Shown here: piece after piece, positions 39,440-52,645 of the stretch
How the letters are laid out: each line of letters begins with the position of its first letter
How positions within the stretch are numbered: position 1 is the stretch's first letter
Assembly (NCBI RefSeq): GCF_038025025.1
Contig: NW_027117345.1
Coordinates: 558,001 to 622,000, forward strand
Origin: Phyllosticta citribraziliensis
Lineage: Eukaryota
DNA length: 64,000 bases
Reading direction: 5' to 3'
Notes under the pieces: generated by a model
Databases searched by the model: none
What the model was told of the DNA's origin: nothing
Seen by the model: the letters and a program-made list of their open reading frames with translations, nothing else
Translations under genes and position numbers: made by a program

Positions 39440-41869
39440 GGTGTCTGAATATGGTCTCGAATAGGTGTTGACGGGGAAAAGACAGCTCGAGCCCCACCAA
39501 ACGGACGAGGGGGCACTCTTGAGCTACAGACGGCCGAGGGGGTGGAAAGGGGAGGAGGGAGGAGTGAAGAGCGGCAGAGTTTGAAAGACGTCGAGGAGAG
39601 GGAGTGGGAGTCTTCTGATCGTGGGGAAAGGTGAGGTGCTTCTTCATCCGAAAACGCGCGAGGTGGAGGCCGCGCAGGGTCCCCCCTGTGGTAGCTCCTG
39701 CCCTCCTGGAGCGCAGCCTGGTCAGGGCGCGGCCAGCAGGCGTTGAATCTCCCACCGCTCTTTCAGACTGGCGATGGATCGGGGGGCTCGAGTATTGGCG
39801 TGACGTCGTGGGGGCCGTTGGAGTGGGAGTGAGGTGTGAGACGAAGAAGAAGAAGAAGAATGAGGCTCTGCTGCACAACACAGCAGACCACCGCTCAGCG
39901 TAGCGCAGCGACAAAAGCAAAAACAGGGACCGCGGGGTAACCATCTTAAGGGTTCATCCATTCGGCCCATCTCCACCTCACCTCTCCTCTCCTCTCCTCA
40001 CCTCTCCTCTCCCCCACCGCTACATCACCACCATGACATCCGCACACCCTCTCCCAATTCCACGGCGACGATTAATGCCACAGCCACTAGCGCCAGACGC
40101 CCTTTCTTCAATGCACCGACGCTCCGCACGTGGTCGCTGCCGTCACCGAATATTTGGACATCAGTGGGCCAATTCCGCTGTCCCGGGAGCTCACTCGACC
40201 TGTTGACGCGTCGGTCGCCAAGTGCAAATTTCCAACCCGGCGACATGGCGAGCTCGAGGAACGCGTGGGGATGCTCCTGGCGACGTCAACATGCACAAGC
40301 CGGCCCGCCGCCCACTAGCACCGCTAGTGCTGTGGCTACGACAGCCACAGCCCGTTTCGGATCTGGGACTATCAACCTCCATCCATCTATTGGCCTTGGA
40401 AGACATGTCGCCGTAATTCATTCCATCCCGGTCCGGCTGACGCGGCTAACTCGGACCGCTTCCAATCGCATCTCGCTGGCCAAGCCTCTTGTCTGTCGCT
40501 ATTGTCTCAGGCGAAAACACACACAATGTTGGAGACGAAATTGTCACTTTTTTCATGCGTCCGTCATCCCAGGAAATGAAAGCCTACACACTCTCGGGTC
40601 CTGTTGTTGGTAGCTCCAACCGAGCGGATAGGCCTTACGACAACCCGGCCATTTCGTCAACAGTGATTGGCCGCACGACGGGCATCCAGATGAAATACGC
40701 GATTGTACAGGACAGCCAAGTCCATGTCAGAAAGATTCCTCAACCCCTGTCATCCCAGAACGCAAAAAATAAAATTATCCACTCCGCCGGGCGTCCTCGA
40801 GCAGAGAAAAGACATCCAAGTCAGGCAGACGCTTCCAAATCGTCCCGCCCATCCGTCGGCTAGGTACATGCGTACATTCAAATGCACCAGCTACATACGT
40901 GACCGGCCCGACAAGGCTGGACGAATACGATACGAGCCATGTGCGTGCCTTGGAAATCACACGGCATGGCAGACGCCTGACCGCAACAGCAGCAGCAGCA
41001 TCCGCTGTCATCACATCACCGTCACCGCCTACTGTAGATGCCCTAACTGCCATCTAGGTACCTTGAGGTGGCCAACGACTGCGTTGCCCTCTTTCTCCTG
41101 CTCTTCCTGCCCCGCCTGAGGCATATCGCGACGTACATGTACACGACGCACGGTCAGCGACTGACGGACGCTTGCTCGCGTGCGCACATCCGTAGCCTCC
41201 CTCCCTCCCTCCTCCGCGTCCTCTCACTCTCTGTGCTTGCTTGTCGTGCGTCCCCGCCTGTCAGCCACGCGACGCCCATTCTCCGACGACTAACTGACCG
41301 GCCACAAAGCGCAGCGCAGAGCAGCGCATGGCGTCGGCCTTGCTCCTCCGCCCCGCATACATACATGTACATATGTGTCCATGTACGTTGTTGGCCACCA
41401 GCCTTCCTCTCAACTGTCCCAGCACGCTGGCCTCACCGGAGAACGTGCGTCCGCCTGGCCGTTCGTTTCTGCAGCTTGACCACGTGCCCGCCCAGGCTGT
41501 GCCATGTGTGGTGGATGGCTGTGGTGTATGCACGCCCAGCCCGTCAGCCGGGTACCTGCACCGTGGCCGTCGGTGTTTGTTGGCATGGCTGTGGTTTGAG
41601 GAGCTCCCTGGCCAGTCAGTCTGTCAGCCAGCTCGCTATGCTGTCAGCCCCCCGTTGCGTGTGGTATGCAAGCAAGGATTGGTGAGCGGCCAAAGGAGCT
41701 ACAGAGAGGACTCCGCTGTGTCTCAGAGACCTTTTATACTGACATGCCAGAAGACAGGCCAACGATCAAACCGTCCAGGAGAAAGGAGTGCCCAAGGACT
41801 TGTACCACAGCCTGCCATGCTCACCGCGTCCGCGTGCGCGTGCTCAACGGCGCACCCACCACAGGCAGC

Positions 41870-43130
41870 ACAAACACTGATGCATACATACATACATATG
41901 CATACATACCTCCGCGTGTCTATCTCCACATACATACACACCTCGTCAGTGGCCAGGCTCATCCATCCATCCATCCATCCATCCATCCCTCTATCCACAC
42001 ACTCCATCCATTTGTAGCCCTGTCTGCTGGGGCTGGGCTGCAGCTACATGTGTGTAGCCAACCAGTCGCCCGCCTCGACAGCCTTGTGCCACACCGCAGA
42101 CAAAGTATGCAAGCAGACAGGCCGACAGGCAGGCAGGTAGGTAGGCCAGAGGAAAGCAAAGGAAAAGCCTACCGCGTGCGTAGATATAGCCGCTGCACTG
42201 CACTGCACTGCAGACAGGGGCCAGGGGAGGGAGGTAGGGTGGGGCACGCGCCCGAGTATTAGTCAGTGGGCTAACCAAGGTCGCTGATGGAGTGATGAAG
42301 AGGAGGTGGTGGGTGGGTAGGGGAGGGAGGAGATGGTCTACGTAGACAGACAGACAGACAGACAGAAAGACATGTCTGCACTTCAAGTTTTTAACTATAG
42401 GGAGGAAAGGGTAGATGCACCACTCCTTCACTCCCTCCCTCCCTCCCTCCCTCACTAACTCGCCTTCCGATAACAACATTGATGAAGAAGAAGAGAGAAT
42501 ATGGCAAAGGAGATAGATAGTCACAGAGCAAGAAACAGCATAGATCACGCCGACAAAACGCGACGCAGGGAGGTACATACGTTGGTTGGACCACGCGCGC
42601 ACACACACATATAAGCAGAAAAGAAGAGGTCGAACAAGAAATAAAAGGGGGTACCCTTGGTGAGATGAGGGTGAGAACAAACAAACACACACAGCAGCTG
42701 CTGACTGGCCGACTGGCTGGCTAGCTTGCGAATGGAGCATTTCAAAAAATGGCTCGAAGCTTTCTTGAACATGGAATAAACTTGACTTTGAGAGAGGCGT
42801 GTCGAAATATACCACAAAAAGTACTGCTGGCTGGCTGACTGGCTGGCTGATGTAATAAGAAGCCGGGACGGGCGGACGCTTTGCCTTTCTTTGTTTTCAT
42901 ATTTTGTGTGTAGAAGAAGAAGAAGAAGAAGAGCATCCTCGCTGCCTGCGTGCGTGCTTGCGTGCTTATTTGCTTGCTGCTGCTGCTGCTGCTGCTGCTG
43001 CCGCTGCCGCTGCCGCTGCTGCCTCGCTGGGTATCCGGAACGAGCATATAAAAAAGAAGTAGTAGTAGGTCGAAGAAGAAGAAAAGGAGAAGAAATAGAG
43101 AAAGAGAAGAGAAAGAAAGCCAGGGCGAAA
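41870..43130. repeat. Cluster of short microsatellites (ATAC, CCAT, GACA, CCCT, GAA, GCT/GCCGCT)
   Basis: For example (CCAT)n ~41961-41987, (GACA)n ~42345-42364 and (GCT)n/(GCCGCT)n ~42975-43021. Confidence 0.8.
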
Positions 43131-43524
43131 AAGAGGAGAGGAATCAAAAAAGAAAAAGGCGCAAAGATGGAGAAGATTCGCCGTCTTCTCGGCCGACTCC
43201 CTTCCCATCGCACCGCAGCCGCCATGGCTACCATCTCAGCAGCCCCTCCCGTTCCCCATCCCTTGACGGAAAAACGTAGAAGAAAAAAAAGATTTTCCCC
43301 AATGCAGACAGATGAGCGAAACATGTAGTCTCCCGGCGCAGCAATCAGAGAAAACAAAATGTCGCAGAATCGCCTGCTCGAACGCTTACTTCACAAGGCT
43401 CGTAGGCAGTATTCCCGAAATGCTTCGACTCGTGGTGCGCCGTCTACAGACAATTGTGACAGCTTGGAATGTAATCTATGCGTGGTTTTTCGAAATGCCT
43501 TCACTCGAGACTCCAGGACATTGT

Positions 43525-44659
43525 TTACGATCCACCCTTCTTGCGGCGCTCTTCGGCACGAGCTTGGCGTGCCGCTTTGACGAGCGGTGCAAGAGTGGCG
43601 AGTGGCTCGGCAGTCTGGATGAATGGGTGCTGGCAGAGTGTTAGTATGCGCATGGTGAGGGGTGCAAGCATTCGACTTACAGTGAGCAGATCGTGGGCGC
43701 TTGCACGCTTATCAGGGTCAACTTTGAGGGCAAATCCGAGGAAATCCTTGAAAACAGGCGAAAGATTGTGCTCCTCCTTAATGGTGGGCGTGCCATTGGT
43801 AGCAATCAACCAGAGAGCTCGCAGCGGCGACTCGTTGAGGTAAGGCGGCTCTCCCTCAATCATCTCGATTGCCATGATGCCCAGTGACCAAATATCAACC
43901 TTGCGGCCGTATTCCTTGCGAGTCACAACCTCGGGAGCCATCCAGTATGGTGTTCCGACCATGGTTGTCCGCTTACGCTCCGACTCGTTGATTTGAGCGC
44001 AGAAACCAAAATCGGTGAGCTTGATGTTTCCTTCCATCGAAAGCAGAATGTTGTCCGATTTGATGTCGCGGTGAATGACGCCCTTGGAGTGCAAGTGCTG
44101 CAGACCACACAAGACCTCGCGCGACACGGCAGCAATCTGGCCCTCGCTCATGATGTTGAATGTCACAACGTCCGTCAGCGAGCCGCCTTCCATGTACTCC
44201 ATGACAACCCACAGGTCGCCCCGTACAAGGAACGAGTCCATGAAGTTGACAATGTTGCGATGCTTCGATTCCCGCATGACCAAGATTTCGTTGATGATGA
44301 GATCCTTTTTGGGCTGCTGGTCCAGGTTCATCTGTTTGATGGCCACACAGCGATTTGAACCAACCTGATAAGCAGTAAAGACACCACCAGACGCGCCCTG
44401 ACCAATCTTGTTCAAGTTGCGGTACATTTTCTGGGGATCTTGCGGGTTGCAAATGGCAGTCAGGCGCTCGAGTATGTCCGTGCCCTGCATGTGGCTGGCT
44501 CGTTGCTGGCGTTGGCGTGGACGGCCACCAGGAGGCGCGGGACCGCTGCGGGGCTGCTGGTTTGGCATTGGAATGCTGGTTTGCTGGTCGGTTGCTTGGG
44601 TGGACGAGAATTGCTGCGACTGCTGCGACTGTTGTTGTTGTTGCTGTTGTTGTTGCTGC

Positions 44660-44691
<32 letters not shown>

Positions 44692-46289
44692 GGAAGGCTG
44701 GTACGGGTGTTGCTGGTAGTGTCGCTGGCTGCGAGTTCGCTCAATCTGTGCCTGCTGACGCGCGATGGACTGCTGAGCGGCAAGCATTGCCTGTTCCTGT
44801 TGAGCCTGGTATTGTTGCACTGTACCTCCAGAGGGTTGGCCATAGTTGCTGGGAGCACTGGCGTCGTTGGTGTTTGAGCGGCTTCGAGAAATGGAGGGCT
44901 TGGACGAAGGGCCGTCCGTGGGCGACTGGTGGACATGGGCAGCGGCGTGCGGGTTGTCGTCGCGACTTCTCTCGGGGGCTGGCGGTGCCGGACGCAAGGG
45001 AACTACATGTTGCTGCGAGGCTGCCGGAGGCTTTGGAGCTGGACGGTGAGGAATCATGTTGCCGCTGCCATTAATCTGGGATGGTGACTGTGATGAGCCC
45101 TGACCACGAGGGACCGGCGGAGGCGCACGAGGATTTTCGAACGAGTCCTCTGCGTTTCGAGGGAAGCGAGGACTAACTGGTGGACTCATCATTGGCGTCA
45201 TGCCACTGCCTGGCGTCGTAGGGTAGCCGCTCGGGTGGGCGTGTCCCAGCTTGTCCCATATGTGCTCGTCTGCGCGCCCTCCCTGCGATTCCTGAAAGAA
45301 GTTGACGACCTCGACGAGGGCCTCGGGATGCTCGGTCTGGTCCTTTTCGGTGATGCCGTTGGCCTTGAGGATGTTTTGCCATTCTCGCGGCAAGCCCTGC
45401 GACGTGTCAGTGAGTGCTGGGGGGAGGGGAGGAGACTGTGGGGGCGACGTACGGTGAACTCGCCCGTGTCGTTGTCGATGGAAACGTGGGTGACGTGCAG
45501 CGGGTTGGTCGGGGTGGAGATGGTAGGTCGACGTGGCGAGCCGACGAGGCCGCTGACGAAGGACGAGAAGCCCGTCTTGGTCTTTTTGAGAGCGTCCGGG
45601 CGGGCGAGCTTGGAGAGCTTCGCGTCGCCCGACAGGCGCTTGTGGTGGTCATCGGACTTGGGCGCAGTCATGGCCTCCATCTTCTTGCCCAGAGCAGTGA
45701 AGCTGGCAGACTGTCTCAGTCGCGGCGACTTGTGGGTGTTCAGTTTGGCATCCGCCCGGGGCGAGCGAGCGGGCGAGTTATTGCGGGAGGCGGGGGTGGA
45801 GCTGATGGTGTCGATGTTGCGATAGAGGGCCTCGGCGTCAAACGGGGTGCCAATGAGGTCGTGGGTGGACTTTTCGGTGACGGAGCGGCGCAAGGGCGGC
45901 GGCGAGGTATGGAGCGAGTCTTGGTAGTGGCGTGTGGAGGGTTGCGGGTAGCGAAGGGCATTCGAGGGTTGGTGGTTGTTGTGGTTGTTGTTGTTGTTGT
46001 TGGAGGAGTGGTAGTATTCGGCAGAGTGTTGGCGGTCGAGCGACGAGGACGACGACGACGAGGCAAAGTCGGCCGTGGGGCTTCGTTGGTGGCCTGAGGA
46101 GTGGTTGTGATTGCTGTGGAAGCGCGGGTAGGTAGGGGCGGAGGGGGCGCGACGGAGAGAGCGGAGGGAGGAATTGTTGTACGAGACGGGGGGCGGGGCC
46201 TTTTTGGTGAGGCGGCGGTGCTCGCGATGAGAGGTGGAAGTGGAGGTGGAGGTGGAGGTGGACGAAAAGTGAGGTGAAGTGCCTTCCAT
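43525..46289 (-). CDS. STE20: PAK-family kinase Ste20, 885 aa; exons 46289-45453, 45396-43681, 43629-43525
   Basis: [27 protein letters not shown]. Kinase motifs [25 protein letters not shown] and [13 protein letters not shown]-terminal G-beta-binding TLAPLVK. No PH domain, so not Cla4. Confidence 0.96.
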
Positions 46290-46299
46290 GGTGCGGGTG

Positions 46300-47079
46300 C
46301 AGCGCAGTGCAGTGCAGTGTAGTGCGTCGGGTGGGTTTTGGGGGGTCCTTTCAGAGCGGAAGGTACAGCACAGCAGAGCAGCGCAGAGCAGAGCAGAGCA
46401 GAGCAGAGGGCAGCGCAGTGCAGCGCAGCGCAGCAGACCTGACCTGACGCCGTTTGCCAGGGCTTGGGCCTCCCAGCGTTACCTCGAACCTGCAGCAGGG
46501 CGGGTCGGACGCGGGTGAGAGGGCGAGGAGCTGGAGGATGGAGGGGCGAGCGAGCGAGCGACGAGAGAGTGATGGAGTGCAGTGAGGAGGCGAGGATAGG
46601 ATCAGATGGGAACCGAACGACACGAGAGAGAAAACGGCCGCGTGGGCGGTGTACGGTACGGTGCGGTACGATCAGATCAACGGTCGACGACGAGAGGATA
46701 CGCCGCCCGATGAGCACAGCTCCACTGGCACCGTAGCGGAAGCTGAGGTGTTTCCATGTGTCGAGCGGTGCGTGTGGCGGCGGCTACAGCACCTGTGCAA
46801 TTCACAAGTCTACGGCGGGATGGGGGGATTCTATCTGCGTCGAGTCGACGTCTATCGTCAGGTTGTTGTTTTTGTTGTTGTTGCTGTTATTCGTCCCGTC
46901 ATGCTTTGCGCACCCCTAACCAATCCATACATTACTTTAGCAGCCTGCAGCGGACGAGACGTCCCTTTCTTTCCCTCAGCGACGTTGGACACCAGAGAGG
47001 GTCCCGCTAGTGTCTGGCCTAGTGCCGTCCGCTGCTCCGCAGTTTCAGGCAGCGATCCCTAATGACGGCTGTGGAGATG

Positions 47080-47114
<35 letters not shown>

Positions 47115-47422
47115 CGCCTGGCCTCTCTTCTTTGGCGCCGGCCCTTGGGTGAAGCAGCGACGTGCTCTGCTGCAGCTGCCCTTGTCTCAACACCTCATGC
47201 CCTGAGCCTGTCGACACCAGACCCTTGCCCATGCCACGCCCCCGATCCATCTGCTCCCGTCCACGTCCACGTCCCGTCCGTCCTGATCATGATCCCGCGC
47301 CCCCGGCCTGCCGTGCATGACACCGCATCGCACCGCAAACCCACGACGGAAAAATTAACAACCAAACCGGGCCAAGGTCCAGACGCCGCATCCCCGACAC
47401 CCATGTGGAGACTGCCTGGCCT

Positions 47423-47453
<31 letters not shown>

Positions 47454-47770
47454 TCTGAGCCCAATCCCAATCCCGATCCCAATCCACAAATCCACGGCAG
47501 CCAGCCGCCAATCGTCCACAACCACGTAGTCCGTCTTTTCCAGAAGGTGCAAAATGAAAAAAAAAATTAACAATTAGAGCGGCCGTTGAACTTTGCCTCC
47601 CTCTCCCTGAAGAACATCCCCCGTCCATCATGTCGGCACGCGACGCCCACGGCCCAAGGCGACCATCCAGGCCCCCAAGGACGGCTCGCCTTCCTTCTCC
47701 GCCCGCGCCAAGACCACCACTGCCACTGCCACTGAGCCACTGAGCCACTGAGCCACTGAGCCACTCGAGG
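46300..47770. repeat. Microsatellite/minisatellite-rich STE20 upstream region
   Basis: (GCAGT)n, (AGAGC)n ~46371-46407, (CTCTGGC)x3 ~47090-47110, (CTGAGC)n ~47425-47460 and (CACTGAGC)n ~47730-47765. Confidence 0.75.
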
Positions 47771-49540
47771 TCCTCCGCCGCCACTCAGCGCACGTCTTGC
47801 CGTGCCGTCCCCACGTCCAATCAACACCCTCTTCCGCTGCTAATCCGCCATATCCCCGTCGCTCGAATCAAATCCGCCTCTTCGCCATTGCCAACTCACT
47901 CGACGAGTCAGTCCATGACGCCTTCCAATTCCAACCTCCAATCCTCCCTCATTGGCCAGGTTCAGCCTGTGTCAGGATGACACCGGCACGGTCCGAACCA
48001 CTCTGCACGAGGCGTTGCTGCGAACCTGCCCTGCTCAACCAAGACGAAGAAAAACAAGACGCCCAGGGCAGGGCGTCCGTGACGTTGTTCGCTTGGAGAG
48101 AGACCTGCAGATGCAAACGTCCTTTTTCTTGCTGCCTGCCAGCCCCCGACCGGCAATCGCTGCCGTCACTTGACTGCCATCATCTACGTGTTCATACATT
48201 TCAGTCAGCATTTCTCATTCTGCGTTTGCTTCTTTTCACCACCACTTACGCTGCTTCTGTCCGTCGGCCGGAATGGCGTGCCCAGCCTCAACGTTGCATC
48301 GTTCGGCCACGGGCATTCCTTCAAACGAACGACGAGGCGAGGCGAGGCGGAGCAGGCCCCCCAGCCAGCCCACCATCACCACCATCCGCCTCAGGAACCA
48401 CCAACTCCGTTCCCGCATTTATCCCCGGGCAGGAAAAGAAAAGAGCGAGACACACAGGAACGGCGCCAGGGCTGCCTGAACAGCCCACCGCTGCAGGAGG
48501 GCAGGCAGGCAGGCACCCAACGTCCCCACCTCTGTCCTCTCTCTCTCTCTCTCTCCCTCCCTACTCCATCCTCGTGCTGGCCGAAAGGCCAACCTACCCC
48601 TTGCCCTCTCCTTGCAATAGTCCTCCCCTATGGTACCTACCTGTCGTCTGGTCTCTTCTCCACACCGACCACGAGTCTTTCTTTCTCTGCGCAAGTCTCG
48701 TCTCCACCGACGACGACGATGATCCGCCTCGCCGGACGGGATCGGCCCCAGGGCATCAAGCCAACTACCGGACCTATATTTATAGGAGCCACTGGCAATG
48801 CTTCACGAGGATCGGCGCTGCTGCCGGGCGTTGGACATGGGCGCCGAGTGCCGCTTTCTCGCTCTCGCTTGCCGGCCGCCATCTGTCCGTCCTTGCGAAG
48901 CGAGCTGAGATCCACGCCGTATGAATCGCGCCAAGTATAGATGGACGGGTGTGCGTGCCTCGTATGGAGAGGGGATCGTGACAGTCGCCGCCGCCGCCGC
49001 ATGGGAGTTCTGTCCTCCTTTGAGCGCTTACTCACTCGTCTCTGTCTTTGTTTCTGTGTTTTGGATAGGAGTGAATCGTCAGATCGCAGTAGACGGACAG
49101 ACGGATGAATAGACTGCACGCCGCCCATTTTTTTAATGTCTCGTCTTCCTTGGTCCCGGCGCTCTCCTCCAGTTCCTCCTCTCTAACAAACTACCTTTGC
49201 ACATTACAACCGTTCTCCCAACACCAACACCAACAGAGACAGTCCCTCTTGGTCTAACCAACCATCAGCGCCCCTCCCGAGCTGCGTGGAGCAGAGTCAC
49301 TGCTCGTCGGGTTCGTTTCTCCTTTCGCCTTCTCTTTGGATGAACAATCTGACTGTCTGCCTCGTCGTCGTCGTCGTCGTCCGCGTCCATCCACCCATCC
49401 ACCCAACGCGATCCAAAGCAACACTTGCAAAGAAGAAGACGACGGCAAAGAAAATCCAGCCAGAGACGAGAGGAAAGAAAAGCCGCTCACTGCCTACGGC
49501 ACCTCATAGATGGGGTACACAAACTGTAGGGAACCAAAGA

Positions 49541-49563
49541 CCCCCCCCCCCCCCCCCCCCCCC
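49541..49563 (+). repeat. Poly-C tract (C23; G23 on the minus strand)
   Basis: Read directly, ~430 nt downstream of the Zn2Cys6 TF stop. Confidence 0.9.
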
Positions 49564-49994
49564 GCGGCAAATAATTACACGTAAGACTGTGAACACTTTT
49601 CCGCCTGACCTGTCTGCCATCTGATCTGATCTGATCTGCCTCGATTAAATCTGTCGTACATTAGGCACCTTTCATAGTGTATGTAGCTACCTACTTATGC
49701 CCACCCCATCCACTTATGCCCACCCCATCCCATCCCATCCCAACCCATCTGAATGTTGTAATCAAACGCCACCACCACCACCACCACCACCACCACGAAA
49801 GAAAGAAAAAGGGGGGAACTTTTAGATGTAATTAGACCAGACCAGCAAGCACCCCAACCCCCAACACCACCACCCCAAAGAAAAGAAAAAGAGATTGAAA
49901 AGAAAAAAACCCCCCCACCCCATCCCATCCCATCCACCATCAATCCCATCCTCTTCTTCAAGAAAACGCCATCATCGTCACATCATCAACGCCA

Positions 49995-52645
49995 TTACTG
50001 GCCACTTCCACCAGCAACACCGCCGTGGCCAACCTGCTGTTGCTGTTGCTGTTGCTGCTGCTGCAACACAGGCATCACGACGCCCGCCAGGACGCGCAGG
50101 TAGCCATCGCGCACCATCGTCGCCGGATTGAAGTACAAGCTCTGATTAAGCGCCGCCGCCGCCGTCGCCGCAGCGGCCGCCGCAGCAGCCGCATTGCTAA
50201 TGTCGTCCTTCTTGTCGGCAGCGGCGACGGCGTCCAAAGCCGCCGCAGCAGCCGTGGTGGCATGGTCGTTGTTGTTGTTGGCGTTGGTGTTGTCGTCGCC
50301 GGGACGGTTCTCGCCAGAAGACGTGGTGGCGATGCCCGTCTTGTCGTCAGGCGGCGTGGCCGTCGAGGCGGCTGCTGCTGTTGCTACACCACCGCCGCCA
50401 GGGCCTTCGCGCTCGCCGACGGCGGCTTCGGCCAGGTGCTCGAGCAGCGTCGTTGAGTTGCCGCCGGCGGCCTCGCCGTGGACGGACGCGCGCTTCTTGG
50501 ACACGTAGAAGCGGATCGTCGCGTCCCACGACGCGTCGTCGTCCGTCTTGAGACGGTGCAGCGCCGATTCGAGCTCCGCCAGCTGGCGCAAGGCTTCGTC
50601 CCGCGTGTCGTCTCTCTCCGTCAGCTCGCCGAGGACGAGGGCAGCGAACGCGCCGAAGTGGTGGTAGGGCGAGGTGAGGATGATGGCGTTGGACTGGAGG
50701 AGATTGGTCAGGGCGCTGGCTGCAGTCAGGAGCTCCGACGAGTCGAGGACGGGGCCGTAGCGGGCAATGAGGAGACGCGTATGCCAGTAGGCGAGGAGTA
50801 TGAGAGGATGAGGGTCGAGGGGCAGCGTCTCGTGGAAGCGCTCGAGTTGGCCCATGATGGAGATTCGAATCACTTTGAAAGCATAGCTCGATGGAGTGTG
50901 CGGCGCCGTGATGTCGTCCGGAGATGGCTCCACGTCTTTGGCGAGCTTTGCGAGCAAGGAAATGTGGGAGATGATTTTGGAGAGCCGCGCCATGGCGAAG
51001 ACGAGTGATCCAAAAATGATTTCGTCTTCGATGGACAAAAAGTTGCGCTCGTCTGAGATGCTTGGCTCGCTGGAAGTGCTGATGGCGTGGAAAAAGTCTA
51101 GGATGAAGGTGACCCAGAAGACGCGCCGGCCGAGGGCGTCATCAGAGTCCAGATTGATCTCCTGGTCTCTGTTTCGATAGCACATGGCGTTGAGAGAAAA
51201 GTTTCCAGCTACCCTCGCTGCAGAAGCGATGCACATGTCCTTGAGGGAGGATGCATGGACGTCTCGTTGACCTGGGCCTGAGCAGTCTGACTCGATGGCC
51301 AAAAGCAGGTAACTTTGAGCCAAGATGACGCCGGAGCCTTTGTTCAGAGGCATGCCCACTTCCGAGTTGAGCAGGTTGTATGTTTTCAAGCAGCGCTCGT
51401 AATGGTTGGCCTCTTTTGGGAGATTCGACGAAGGCCAGGCGCGGACCGCACAATCGAGTGCCGCAAGAAAGCCGTCGCGGAGTCTGGTCTCGCAATCGGC
51501 CAGGCGCGTCTTGAGATTTCTCATGTCAAAGGGCAAGACAGGGTAAGTGTCTTGGATGACACGGTAAAATCTGTCGTAAGTCAGCCAAGTTCGATTCAAG
51601 TCTCTTGTGCGAGAACATACTCGTTGACTGCCATGTCCGAGTTGCCGAATTGAAACATGTCGACAGCGGAATCCTGCTCGTAAGCTCCGAAGCTGCTCTC
51701 TCGGCGCTCCCACGACTGATGTGTGCCATTTGCTGACTGAGACAATTGATTTCTCAACTGCTCGCCAATGCCTTCGGACATGGAATGGGTCCTCTTTCGA
51801 CCAGCGGTGGGCTGAGAGGCCGTCGAATTGGAAAAATCTGGCAGACCCGCGATGCCTTGGTCGTTGAAGTTTTGGAGGTAGGACTGCAGCTCGGCTTGCT
51901 GCTGGTGCAGGTGGCCATTTTGTGGCGACTGGCCCTGCGCCTGTTGGGCTTCGTACTCCAGCCTACTAAGCCGGTCGGCGAGCTCCTTGATGTATCTGCG
52001 TCATGTCAGAATGTGAATGGTGAAAAGCGGACGAGACTTGGGTGCTTGCCCTTTGCTGGGACCGCGCTTTTGCGGCTGTCTACTAAACTGGCAGCGCGCA
52101 CCCGTGCGCTTACAGCTTGTGCATGCCTCTGGACCATTTTCCGAGGTTGCATCACAGCGAATCTACATTAATGCGGCTTCAGCTTTTGGGGCTTGCAGTG
52201 GGCCAAATGGAGGGCAAACCTTCTTCCTCCGACACTCGTCGCATGCGCGCGAGACTTTGGACCTCTTCCTCATGTTGGTATCCTGCTGGGGGCTGAAGTG
52301 GGGGTCGCGCGAGACGTTCATGACGTCCTGGGCAATGTTCATGATGTCGTGGTGTCGCTGCTGGTTTGGCTGGGGCTGGGGCACCTGTTGGATTTGGTGG
52401 TGGGCCATGGGCATGTGCGACTGCTGATTCGGGGTGGTGGCCATGGGAGCTTCATTGATGCGCGACAGGTGAGAAGCTAGCTCCTGGTGCAGGTTGTTCT
52501 CGTTCTGGAGGGCGAGGTGGGGGTCGACGGGATTGGACTGCTCTGCTGGCGGCGACAAGTTGCCATTGGGATGGGCGTAGAGGCCGGCGGCGCCGGCGGC
52601 CATCTGAGCGGCGTTGGGCGAGGGGTAGGACTGCGGGTCCGACAT
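49995..52645 (-). CDS. Zn(II)2Cys6 transcription factor (Rgt1-type DNA-binding domain) with fungal TF middle domain, 829 aa; exons 52645-52220, 52162-52050, 51995-51621, 51570-49995
   Basis: Spliced RKRSKVSRACDECRRKKIRCDATSENGPEACTSCKRTGARCQFSRQPQKRGPSKGYIKELADRL, and RRVFWVTFILD in the middle domain. Intron 2 is GC-AG. Confidence 0.92.

Noticed and set aside
42891..43328. ORF with [15 protein letters not shown] resembling a metallothionein (also poly-Cys ORF 44408-44719)
   Set aside because: The Cys runs are translations of GCT/CTG microsatellites; the second is antisense to the STE20 polyQ.
47797..48924. 375-aa ORF upstream of STE20
   Set aside because: Non-ATG start, runs through SSRs, no domain signal or gene-like codon bias.
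49001..49108. 35-aa ORF MGVLSSFERLLTRLCLCFCVLD.. with an MGxxxS myristoylation-like start and three Cys
   Set aside because: Weak start context, Cys codons come from a CT/GT-rich low-complexity stretch, no independent support.
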